DNA of 64,000 bases from Bispira polyomma (taxonomy: Eukaryota), in contig OZ287752.1 in the NCBI GenBank assembly GCA_965649765.1, positions 24,242,001-24,306,000 of the forward strand, in the 5' to 3' direction. The notes under the pieces were generated by a model. That model did no database searches. It was not told the origin of the DNA and saw only the letters and a program-made list of their open reading frames with translations. The position numbers and the translations under genes are program-made. This document shows positions 51,801-62,900 of the stretch, in pieces. Numbering within the stretch: position 1 is the first letter of the stretch; the number at the start of each line of letters is the position of its first letter.

Positions 51801-54322
51801 AAAACATACCAGTTTAACATACCATTATGTAGTTCAAGGTTTATATTTTATGTTAACTACACTTTTCTTTGTATCACCAGGTCTGTATCAGCCAAACGTT
51901 ATTATGAGGTCACAGTGGATAATAAATGTATTTTTATGTTTCTATTTATCAATGCTCAAAATTTTTTACATTTTAGTTCCCCATGAAATAATGATAACCC
52001 AGAGCCTATCAAATCCTGTTGTTAATGGAAATGCTTTAATATTATCCTGTGAAGCCTACGGTGGTAATCCATCAACTGTTTTATCATATAAATGGACTTT
52101 TGTTCCCCGTGATCAAGTTTTTAGTGTTCTTACTGGAGATTCAAACAGACAGATTGTATTCATTGCACAAGATAAACATGCTGGGGAGTATAGTTGTGTG
52201 GCAACTAATGCTGGTGGAAGTAGCTATAGAACCCATAATGTCATCATAAACTGTGAGTATCAGCAAGACTGTGAGCGTTTGTCTAAGATAGATATTTATC
52301 TGAACCTTATTTTGTGAGTTAAAACATTATTTTCAAACTGATAACATATATCCCTGTAATGTTTATTTCAGATAGCCCAGTCGATGTAAGTACAGCTTTT
52401 CAAAAGGTATTATATGTAAGCACTGACAGTCCAGCAGTCTTGAACTGTTCAGTAAAATCTCACCCACAGATCAGTCAAGATGACATCACAATAAACCACA
52501 TGAACTCAAATTTGAATACACAGTTGATAGAAGTTACACCAGTCATAGAAAAAATAGACGAGGTCCTGGTGCAAATAATTTTCAACCAACTGAGTATCAG
52601 TGACATCGGATTATACCAGATGATGGCCAATAATGGTGTAGGAAATGACTTACTCATTGAAATGGATGTCAGAGAACAAGGAAGTATATTTGAGATATAA
52701 TTATATTGACAGTATTGTTGTTCAACCAATATGCAATGGAAATGTAATTAAAGTTTTAGTTTATGTCTGTAAGTACCAATGTATTAAATTGACAAGTAAA
52801 CATATTACAGGTATTCCTGAACCTCCACAACTGTTGAGGGTAGAATATGCCACTGCCATTTCGGTTACATTTTCATGGATCACTGGAAGATCTGGAGGGC
52901 CAAGCCAGACATTTACTATATATTATAGACAGGAAAATGACACCAATATATCCTTCCAAAGTGATATTGTAGATCGAGGTTTATACACAACTGTTACTTA
53001 CACCTTACAGGGTTTACAACCAATAACTTTATATTACGTCAGTGTTAGAGCTTTAAACACATATGGAAGGAGCCTTGATAAAAATGATCTACAAATAAGA
53101 ACTTTAGGTAGGTAAACAATTAAGGATGAATGAATAATGGACATTAGTTTGATGCTGCACAATAACAATTAAACAATAGGCATAATTATTCTTAAGTAAA
53201 ATTTATGATGCATATTTATTGCATAACATTTGTACATTTATTAGCTAAGATTCTTAAGTAATTATTTACTTTTCATTTTTTTAACTTTTTTCAGAAATGC
53301 CTGTCCTGGATGGTCCACTCACTGCAGAGGTATATTTTGGTTTTACAGTGTTCTTTTGGCCTAATATCACAGGAATCTTTTCCAGAATCGTTTTGATGAA
53401 GTGTGCTGACTTGGCTGACAATTGTCAAACTATGCACACAACAATGGCTAGCCCTTCACATTTTGTGATAGAGGATCCTTCAGAAAGTGATATCTTTTTT
53501 ATATGTATTTACCAGGGAAATGAACTAGTTTTTAAAAGAAAATTTGAAATACAAGATAAAACAGGTATTAATATTAACTGTCTGTAATCTTACAGATTAC
53601 AGCTCAAATGCAATACTTGATATTTTATGTAGAAGATATTGTAGTTAACTTTGCAGTCACAGAAGCAATAGCATATTTAAACATTTAATTTACTTCATTT
53701 ATTAGAGCAATCTGAAATCACTCCCACTGAGTGTAATGCTGACAAATCCTTACTGGCTGGAGTGATAGTTCTTGGAATCGTCATCTGTGTAGGTGTCATT
53801 GGAACTATTACTTTCTATTGTTGTATGAAAAGGAGACATGCCTCATCTAGTAAAAATGATTACAAAAAGGTAATTCTATATAGTAATATTCTATAAGTCA
53901 TTATGTCGATAAACTTCTATAACAAATATATCTTAATTATCTGTCTAAAAGTTCAAACTAAACATTTTGTGGTTTGTATATGTATGAGGTGTATGCTGAG
54001 TGTGTGAAAATTATCTTTGATATTTCATCTTTCATTCAGAAAGGTGTGGGTGTTGTGTATTACAATACCACCGATCAGAGACTTAAAATATCTGAATATG
54101 AGGAAACTAAATCTGAAGAACCTAAGCCCACACCGGAATACACTGACTTACAGGTAATATTACCATTGATGAATTATACGTCAATTACAAAGTAACATCC
54201 ATGTTTAGTGTATTTCTATATGTTTAATACGTCTATTGTAAATTTGTAAGGTTTATTGTGTTTTAATTTTCTTACAGATTACAGCATATGAAGAATTTGG
54301 CCCACCTGTGCAAAGGATTTAG
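30787..54322 (+). CDS. Gene C: predicted intact receptor (~828 aa) joining leader+V at 30.8-31.6 kb to exons 3-11 at 49.3-54.3 kb across a 17.7-kb TE-filled intron
   Basis: All 11 exons open and phase compatible (2487 nt); the long splice is inferred. Confidence 0.7.
31277..31609 (+). CDS. Gene C exon 2, V-like Ig
   Basis: 333 nt, phase 1-1, open. Confidence 0.92.
32150..32790 (+). mobile_element. Old L2 fragment
   Basis: Nucleotide similarity to the 375-1260 and 12637-13269 copies (LKLNPDKTEF-coding start, family 3' UTR). Confidence 0.75.
32990..37400 (-). mobile_element. Ngaro-like YR retrotransposon N2, degenerate
   Basis: gag-like 37353-36144 (CKFYQKGTC...HVCATC), RT 35810-34725 (YGFPL, SPFMTR, KLDISHAFRQ), RNase H (ELDACLTGLGG, HILGKLNVTADLLSR), YR 34174-33356. 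Confidence 0.9.
37440..39730 (-). mobile_element. Ngaro-like YR retrotransposon N3, 5'-truncated, near-intact RNase H and YR
   Basis: ORF 38875-39693 (RT thumb + RNase H) and ORF 37865-38851 (FRASN, HTFRRSGA, HGTW, WRY). Confidence 0.92.
40425..40525 (-). mobile_element. L2 3'-end fragment
   Basis: Reverse complement of the 13165-13269 3' UTR with (TAG/TAA)n tail. Confidence 0.8.
40685..41340. repeat. Two related CAGCACATTCCGACGTC(G/A)GCC units, probable DNA-transposon subterminal repeats
   Basis: 40688-40750 resembles 41152-41220. Confidence 0.45.
41380..41780 (+). mobile_element. PIF/Harbinger transposase C-terminal remnant
   Basis: Frame-broken translation YFLVGDDA..LAQNMMK / IFNYRLSSVHRIVESAFCIL / IVLAFACLHNLM matches the HARBI1-type FNYRLSRARRxVExAFGIL...LHN signature. 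Confidence 0.8.
41801..41867 (-). mobile_element. tRNA-derived SINE head or tRNA pseudogene
   Basis: Minus strand TGGTCCAGTGG (A box) ... GGTTCGACT (B box); acceptor stem does not pair. Confidence 0.6.
43830..44244 (+). pseudogene. Dead promoter/leader/intron-1 cassette of a fifth paralog (ATG deleted, V exon missing)
   Basis: 44005-44120 aligns with 21270-21425 with a deletion over the ATG; 44205-44244 aligns with 2045-2084; ETS motif reads GAGCAAGT at 43942. Confidence 0.75.
48104..48121 (-). promoter_or_regulatory. Primer-binding site complementary to tRNA-Ala 3' end
   Basis: Minus strand TGGTGGAGATGCCGGGTA, 2 nt from the LTR end; + strand reads ...CCCGGCATCTCCACCA. Confidence 0.8.
48124..48616 (-). 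repeat. 5' LTR (493 bp) of the Gypsy element
   Basis: TGTTATGA...TCATAACA inverted termini; minus-strand TATA (~48415) and AATAAA; host intron homology resumes at 48617. Confidence 0.85.
49319..49642 (+). CDS. Gene C exon 3, C2-type Ig
   Basis: 324 nt, open. Confidence 0.92.
49645..50185 (+). repeat. Exon-3-derived minisatellite (gene C intron 3)
   Basis: Same unit as in genes A and B. Confidence 0.85.
50405..50704 (+). CDS. Gene C exon 4, C2-type Ig
   Basis: 300 nt, open. Confidence 0.9.
51240..51930. mobile_element. ~0.7-kb insertion in gene C intron 4, unclassified
   Basis: Flanks align with gene B intron 4 (~25730-25800) but this block has no counterpart. Confidence 0.5.
51977..52252 (+). 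CDS. Gene C exon 5, I-type Ig
   Basis: 276 nt, open. Confidence 0.92.
52372..52683 (+). CDS. Gene C exon 6, atypical Ig
   Basis: Ends 52680 (GA) or 52683 (GT). Confidence 0.85.
52811..53107 (+). CDS. Gene C exon 7, FN3
   Basis: 297 nt, open. Confidence 0.92.
53295..53564 (+). CDS. Gene C exon 8, degenerate FN3-like
   Basis: 270 nt, open. Confidence 0.85.
53706..53869 (+). CDS. Gene C exon 9, transmembrane LLAGVIVLGIVICVGVIGTITFYCC-MKRR
   Basis: Phase 1-0, translated by hand (not in ORF track). Confidence 0.85.
54040..54153 (+). CDS. Gene C exon 10, cytoplasmic KGVGVVYYNTTDQRLKISEYEETKSEEPKPTPEYTDLQ
   Basis: 114 nt, phase 0-0. Confidence 0.85.
54278..54322 (+). CDS. Gene C exon 11, ITAYEEFGPPVQRI*
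   Basis: TTTTCTTACAG acceptor; homologous to TMTYEDLGPAL*. Confidence 0.8.
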   Translation: MTAYEEFGPPVQRI

Positions 54323-56553
54323 TGTTTTCCTAACAACGATGAAAATGTGCTTAACCTAAAACAAGAGATAGAATATGAATATGTTCTAATTCCCATGTTT
54401 GATTTTAATAATCTACAATAAACAACTTTTTATGTTGACAGAATTTTGTACCATTTCTGATGATACATTTTTGTAATGCACTGTACATAAAATGTCTACT
54501 TGATGTATTTTTCTCAATTAAGGATAGTCATTTAGGTAGTAATGTAAATTGGTAAATATGTAGAAAGACATGAATGTGGTCTTATTGTTTCTTTGTTTAT
54601 TGTCCATTTATTTATGTAGTTTTGCCTTGTATTGTGCAGTACGCCAAAGACTTTGGAAAGATGATGCCTTTTTTTGTTTTAATACGCTATATTGAATGAC
54701 TAAATAGTAATAAATCAACACAAAGTAAATAAATAGTAAACTGGAACATAATCATATTAACATTACAAGATTTAAGCACCTAAATGGCTAAAGTGTACAT
54801 AAGCTACAACTACAATAATGTAAAACCCATTCAGCTGAGACAATGTTTTTGATTTCAAGTTAAAAGTTCCTAAATGTCTTTGATTTTTTTAAAACATAGC
54901 AAAATTTATATATTACATTTAATCAGTCATGTTACAATCACACCATGTCATTCCAAATTGATGTAAATGCTTATGAAACAATAGAAATGGCCGGTATCAC
55001 ATTATGGTATCATACTTGTTTGCAGCTTTTGTTCATGGTAAAAGTTAGAGGTATGTATGTGTAATTTGTTACTCGCCTGGGGCCATATTTAAAAACGTCG
55101 TAGTCTTAACTTAGCCATAAGTTTAAGATTTGGTCTTTAAATTTGAGGTTACAAGGTTACAATTTTGGTCTTAGTCCCAGTGACAGTACGAAAATATATT
55201 TTTGTTTGATAAAGATACCTTGATAATTATCCTTATAATGTGTTAGTTTAATATGCACACATGAATAATATCTGAATTTATTGACATGGTTTAGTACCCT
55301 GACAGTATTACAAAAGAGTATCATTACATATATTCTTGAAATGATCAAAAACGTTACTAATAATGTTTTACTTTCAAAATAATGAAGCTTTGTGCATTAA
55401 CTCAATTAGCCTCAGGTTAAAACTTGCACAAAATATCATAATACTGATCAATTCAATACAATTACAAAATATTTTACTTTGCATAGCTCTCAAGAAAAAG
55501 TGCCCACTCTCTCCTCTATTTCTCAGTCATTATTATGACATAAGTATTGAAGTATACGTATGTGTCACTCCACCATTATATGTTACACCCTTTATTTAGG
55601 AAGTAAAAAAACAATTCTACAAATATAAAGACATTATCCTAGCATACATGTTTGTGAATATACTTATATAAATAAGTATATATATAAATACACCTTACAC
55701 AGGACAAATTCTACTATATATGTACTTCTACTTAAATGTAAGACTAAAAATACATGTAATACAATTTCAATATATCTATATTCTCAACTTTCTTTGCTTT
55801 TTGTCATTTTTATTATATAAAACAATATATGTATATATAGCTTGCAACTAAGTATTTATTTGAAATTTTATTTTTTACGTAGCAATTATTGTTGTACTAT
55901 ATGCCTATCTTAAGTTTTATTACTAGCGACCTGTTAAGATTGGATTATTTACCGGTTTCTTGCCTCCCTCACTGGACTAGAAGGCAAATTACAAGTATTA
56001 ACTTCAAAAAATATAATAGAAACCTTAAAAAAATTAAAACAATTTCCAGTACAGTTGCTGAAGGCTGTTGATTTTCAGAGCAGAAAACCTTGACCCACTA
56101 CTAGGGTCCTGCTGTCTCAGTTCCACCATAAAATTTTTATTATTACAGCAATTATTGTTGTCCCTATTGTCTATCACTAATTGAAGCACTGGCCAATCAT
56201 AAGGAATACTTTGTTCAATAAGTGTGTGTGTCCACTCATACAGGCACCATATTGAAGTTGTACATAGAAAAGTATAAACACTGGAAAAAAGTCCCATCTC
56301 CATACTCTGGTTCTAACAAATATGCTCTCATGCGAAGGTAATCTTCACTTCTCTTGACCCTCAGGGTCAAATTTCAAACATCATACATACTTATCAATGT
56401 AATAGTATTGGTAGCTGGGATCACATTTTATATTATAATTTGTGGCTTTGCCTATGTGTCAACCCTGTGTTAGGTTAGTTTAAAATTTTGCGCATCTTTA
56501 AAAATTTAATGTACCATGTTCTTATATACATATATCCCTGTATAGACATATCA

Positions 56554-57040
56554 ATTAATAATATATAACTCCAAACACCTTCTTCAATCTCCAAGGCCAG
56601 TATAAGTCATATCTCATCTACCTGTTAAGGTTGTTCGCTACCATTTTTTTACACCACAGATTTTCAAAAAAAAATGATGAAAATCTTGATTAATATAATT
56701 TTGATCAAAAATATAAAAAAAATATCTATTAATAATATATAACTCCAAACACCTTCTTCAATCTCCAAGGCCAGTATAAGTCATATCTCATCTACCTGTT
56801 CAGGTTGTTCGCTACCATTTTTTTACACCATAGATTTTCAAAAAAAAAATTGATGAAAATCTTGATCAATATACTTTTGATCAAAAATATAAAACAACTA
56901 TGTCACACCAGGTTCTTTTAAGGCAAAGTAACACATCATTCCCCACAGACAATTTAACAAAGCACATCTTCTGCATTCATTTTCATCAAAATATATTGAA
57001 ATTTTTATTTTGAGGAAAAATGGTAGGTAACAACCTTAAC
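56554..57040. repeat. ~174-bp tandem duplication plus a partial inverted third copy
   Basis: 56554-56727 repeated from 56728; 56978-57040 resembles the reverse complement of the GTTAAGGTTGTT..CTACCATTTTT segment. Confidence 0.8.
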
Positions 57041-58404
57041 TCTAAGTAACACTGGATTATAAATTTTAACAAAGTTAGGTGGATTGATATGTTAGTTTTT
57101 ATTGCTATGTTAGTTTTTCATGTAGTACAGAGGTTAGAAAATATTTATATTACTGTGAGAATAAAATTATATTGCACCATGTTCGTGATGTTATTAAACC
57201 AATATAACATGATTTATATAAAGACATAACAACCCCCCAAAAAACCGAAATTTGGAATAGTCATATTACTTTGTACGGGTAAGCAAGATCTTATCTAAAA
57301 TTTTATTTAATTTTTGGTTGTTATCCCTATACTCATTTAAGACTATCGTATATTTTGCTAATATATATCCCATGTTTAAGTTAACTCTATTTACATCAAT
57401 TACAAGTCATAACGTAATTTAAGATTACCTAAAAGTTCTATATATGTTTCTCTCTAAGGTTATCGCAACTAACTTTACCAAGTAAACCACCCCTGTGGAT
57501 GAATTTAAGATTAACTTAACCCTTTAAGGTAGCCTTTGTTTATCTAGTTTGTATATATCTGATATGCCACCTACAACTGTATCTGCACGGACATTCATAT
57601 ACAACCAATGGTTGATGAACTGTGCAAAGTAGCCACACACAGGGCTAGCGTGGTAGATGCAACCCCTAGGTATTGACCACAAGCCAACAATCTGAGAATT
57701 CAAGAAAACAAGAAGGGACCAGTAAATAACTATGGGATGCACTGACCACACTAGAACTGTGTGTGGCTACATTGCAAAGTCACAAATGTTAAAACCAAGA
57801 ACATTTAAATGAACCATCAAACATCCAAATTGTATTTATGTTTTAATTTTACCAAACCTGTATACATATACTAAAACATAAAACCAACCCAAACACTTTA
57901 CTAAATTCCCAGTGTGGAGTATTTCATGTACTTTGTATGTGGAATCGTTTATGTTTGTATTTATAGCTTTAATTATGGTAATGGGGTGTGCCAAAATGTA
58001 CCATGTCTGAGTCATAATATTCTCTTGTATGTCTTACGTGAAGCAAACAATATTTTTACTGTTTTCAATGCGAACACTTGCTTTATGTTACATATGTTTA
58101 TCATGCCTCTTCTATCATTTAAAGTTAACTGTACACTGACCTTTAATTCAATTTTAGTCAAGATAAAATAAGGCCCTGTATTGAACGTATTGTTTTCTAC
58201 ATAAACCTCGCCAGGGATCTGTTTTAAATAAAATACTAAATGATTATTACAGTTCGGAGGACAACATATATATATTCAAATCATAAACAGTAAATATTGC
58301 ATGGTACTTATATAACCTAATATAATCAAATAAAGTGTTCTTAGTTGTGCGTCTTAGTTTTCATTCAGTTTTTGTCACACATTGGCTTCAAACCATTTAT
58401 TCAT

Positions 58405-58412
58405 GAGGAAGT
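58405..58412 (+). promoter_or_regulatory. GAGGAAGT ETS/PU-box-like motif upstream of gene D leader
   Basis: Positionally conserved across paralogs. Confidence 0.4.
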
Positions 58413-58510
58413 AAAGTAATACTATATACAGTATTATCATGTGATTTTCTATGGAGTATATGGTATATAGTGTAACAGTTAGGTATTAATGTGCAAGGAT
58501 AATGCATAAA

Positions 58511-58565
58511 ATGATTACCAGTATACAGTCTGTGTTATTTGTTTTACTTTTTGTGGAGAAAAAAG
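58511..58565 (+). CDS. Gene D exon 1, signal peptide MITSIQSVLFVLLFVEKK
   Basis: 55 nt, G|GT donor. Confidence 0.8.
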
Positions 58566-58794
58566 GTACCTCTTTATGAATTATTGCCTATTCAATATAG
58601 AATCTCCTTATTATATAATATGCACTATTATGCTTATAGAACATAGATATGTCTTGATAAGATATAAACATAAAATATAGCACTATATGTGATATGTTAC
58701 TATTATATGTGATTGTGCATTATGTTCTTAACATCCACAGAAGTAAATATTCATCATTGAAACGAGTAGTACATATTGTAATTTTTGTCCATAG

Positions 58795-59127
58795 TACTCA
58801 GCCAGGACCACATTGTGTACACAGAACTTTCATCTACTGCCAATCTTCCCTGTGGTTCTACATCCAGACCATTCCCAGATGATGCCACCAGATTTGACTG
58901 GTACAGAGGGAATGATTATACAGACATCTCAGCCAAAATACTGTCCTACAGGTTCAGTGATTCATCCATCAGATACTACAATGACTACTCCTCTCCTAAA
59001 CACACCTGTAGTTCTGACAGGGTCCTTAGTATCAGTGATGTAGAGAACAATGATGGGAGAAAATATATCTGTTTAGCATCTGGTGCTTTGGTGACATTTT
59101 CCTTTAGTGTAGAATTGATAACCATAG
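58795..59127 (+). CDS. Gene D exon 2, V-like Ig (rest of gene not in window)
   Basis: 333 nt, phase 1-1, open. Confidence 0.92.
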
Positions 59128-59908
59128 GTGAGTATCCATAAATACTTATACTGTGTATGTAAGCATTGTTTTACGATAATTGAGCAGAACAAATCATTTA
59201 TTAATAAGATAGTTAAGCTTATTTGATTTACATATTATGACATACTTTATAGCTAACATTTTCTCTCACAAACATACTAACATAAACAAAAATTTTAGAA
59301 ATAGCTTATTTTGATGTCTGCAAGGTCTACCACCATTAAACTCTTGTTTGGATGATACCTATTGTTTAAAACAGATGTTTCTTTTTAAAGAATGTCCTGT
59401 CTGGTTTCTGTGCCACATCAATGAATGACCTTGTTTAATAAACTACTCAGTTGAAGTTTACATTGGTACATCATGTAACTTTTAAATATATATTACATAT
59501 ATTCATCAAAATTATGATATAAAATTATATTAATATAAAATTGTATCGCCTTACCTTTATTTATACTTAAAACAATTTAAACAATACTTAAAAATACAAT
59601 TTGTTACTGTCACCTTATTTTTCAGCAGTTTAAGTCAGAGAATTGCTTCGAATCAGGTTTTTGACTCGGACCATTAATTTTAAAGAAACACCTGATTCTC
59701 GGCTATTCTCCTACACTTAAACTCCTGTTTGGGGGATACCTATTGTTTAAGACAGATGTTTCTTTTTAAAGAATCTCCTGATTTTCTGTAAAACAAGAGT
59801 TTCTCTTTTAAAGAATGTACTGTTTTGCAACCATTGTGTCAAAGGGTAATTGGTCTACTTTGAATTTTTTTTCACCAACTGCTTTTTCCTATCAAGCCAT
59901 GTGGTTGA

Positions 59909-62900
59909 CAGTCCCCATTCAGTTTACCAATGTGAATATATAAGTTTCAAGTGTGAGCTGAGAAAAACTGATAAGTGAACACCAAGTCATTAAAAGGCAC
60001 TCTTTGGGCATTTATTAAATCTACAACATATAACTTAAGTTAGTATTTGTTAAGACTACATATTTAGAACTGTTTGATAGCAATACTATAAAATATATCA
60101 CAGTTAAGTTATCTAATAACAGCATTAACTGTAGTTAATAACACTGATCATTATTGCTACATTAACTAATCATGCACTTAACTTAAAGTTAATTGCACTT
60201 ACAAATGGTAGTGATCAAGCATTTAAGAAAGCATTAAGTTAGAGCTCATTAATATTAATGAGACATAATTCATACTAATGAGTAAAAGTTACAACTAAGT
60301 TAAAAGAGTATTACTTTACTAACATATATCTATACAAATGACTGAAGCATCTGCTTATAAAAGTTATGGTCACACCAAATCCAGAGGGCTGAAGTCACAA
60401 GAATCTTGTTAGTAAAGTATATAGTTATATAAGATAAAATGAGATTAAAATACTGGTACGTAAAATAAAATAATATATACACATAAATGAAGTATTGCCC
60501 CAAAGAGCCCAGATTTGGTGTAACTTATTGTAGGAGTTGTTGTATAGAAGAGGCTACTGTAACAGCAGCATTTGGAGTAGATTGCAAGTAGGCCCAGACG
60601 GCCTGAGACCTCCAACCCCCATGCACCATGATGGACTGTAGGTCGATACTATTTTCAAATGCAAAGGTAGCTCCAGAGCGACGGAATGCATGGAAAGTGA
60701 ATGCTGCAGGATTGAGGTGCAGCATGATATGCCTTAAAAGTGTTCTTACTTTGTAGGCAGTGAGAGTGACATTGTTAATTGAAAACAATGGAGCTGAGAG
60801 TTTATGTTTGTTAATGTGTATCATGACACGTAAGACAGTTACAGGACATAAAATGGAGTTTTGAATAAAAGGAAGCTGTACAACATGGAACTGGTTATAT
60901 CGTTGTAAATTTTTGGCCCATCTGATTATTATGTGGACCCCTGGATGTCCCCATACTAAGTCAAGCACTGTGAGGTGTCTGTCAGGATTAAAATGTGATG
61001 AGGAATTTGGTACTAGATTAGATAATCTGAAGAAGCCAAAAAGGCTGTGAGACATAAGGCCTGAAACACATGGGAGTGCCTAACCTTTTCACATTGCTGA
61101 ATTATGGCCGTGAGAATAGAAATGGAGATGATGGATTTTAACTTTGGTTTATAGGGGGGGGGGGGGGGGGGAGTGAGAGTGATTTGAGGAAAAATCTAAT
61201 GTGGGGGTGTTGAAACGGGAGGGTAGAGAATAAAATTTAAAAAAGGAAAGATAATTCTGGATTGAAGGAGGTTTTAGCCCTTGTTGAGCCAGGTATTCCA
61301 AAAATACTAGTATATAATTTTTGGTTGTGCAATCAGGAACTTGTAAATCGACAGCTACAGTTAAATACAGTCTGATGCATTGTAGGTAGGATTGCTTTGT
61401 CTTTTCTGTGAAGGCATTTGGAAGTCGTTGTAGGGCATCCGAATAAAGGTTTTGTTGTCGAGCTGAACCTACAAAATCGTTAAATATCATAATTAAGACT
61501 GAAGTCATTATCATTTACAGGCCACCAGAATTTTTGTGATAATTCTGTTAACAACTTGTGTGGTATTTGTTTATGTGAAAACATGCGTGAAAGGCAATCA
61601 GCTATTACATTATTAACACCCTTAACACATGTTTTAGTTGCAATTTAATGTTGCATATTGCGACCTCAAGCCATATAGCCCGAGTTATCAGTGTAAGGGC
61701 GTCATCCCTTATTTTGCCAGTGTTAAGGGTGTATACCACGGCTATGTTGTCGCACCATATTTGGAGGATAGAGTTTTTGCAGAATTGACCCCATTTCCTA
61801 AGTGTCACTAATATGTTCCACATTTTGTAATGAACAATGGTGAAGCAGCTTGGTTCATTGTTTGGTAGTGTTGAGGCATAAACATTGTTTTTAAAGACGG
61901 CTCCCACCCCAGTAAGTGACGCGTCAACAAAGAATTCATAATTAGCAGTGGTTTTCACATGCATTTTAACCACCCCATTAAAGGAGTGCAGAAATGCGCG
62001 GAACCAATTAAGGTCACGCTTGAAGTCATTATTCAACTGAATGTTTACTTGTGGGTAAGAGGAATGTAGTAATGCCAGCATTCTGTCCAAAAATAAATGT
62101 GCAGGCTTTACACAGCGATGAATATATAGGAGTTTTCCCAGTAAAGACTGGAGTTGTTTGCTAGTACAATTGGAACGGCCTTGCCATTGTTCACACATTT
62201 CACGAATTTCTGACATTTTCTTATCTGGTATTTTTAACACTCCAGTACGTGCGTTAATAATTATTCCCATACACGTCATGGATTCAGAAAGAGTTTCTAC
62301 TTTTGCAAGATTTATTGAGAGACCCAAATGTTCAATAAGGGAATATAAGGTTGGACTTGTTCAGGAGTATCCCCTGCTACGATTTCGTCGATGTAGTAGT
62401 TGATGAGATAATTTTTACTTTCATGAGTCGGGGAATAGAATCTGTTACCATTTCACATAGGGCTGTGCCATGCTTATATCCCATCATGACTGATAAATCA
62501 ATATAGGTTTCGTTGTCCCAATTAAGAGCTGCATAATTATAATTGGCAGGGTCTATTCTTAAATTCCTAAACGCCCCAGACAAATCGATCTTATACAACA
62601 TGCCCTTAGAACCTAATCCATTAATTCTATCCACTAACATGTCAATATTAGGGAGAGTCAAACAGAATTTATGATAATCATGAACGCCATCAAGCACAGA
62701 ATTGTTGACACATGAATGGTCATGAGGCCATGAGAGATCTACAATAATCCTACGTGTGTTGTCACTTTTTGGGTCGAGTCATGACAGGTGAGAAATGAAT
62801 ATTGGAAAAGGGGGGGGGGGGGGGGGGGGTGTGAAATGGACCCGCAATAGCCTTGTGTAGGCGTTCAGTTATAAAATATTCATTTACACTACTTTTATGC

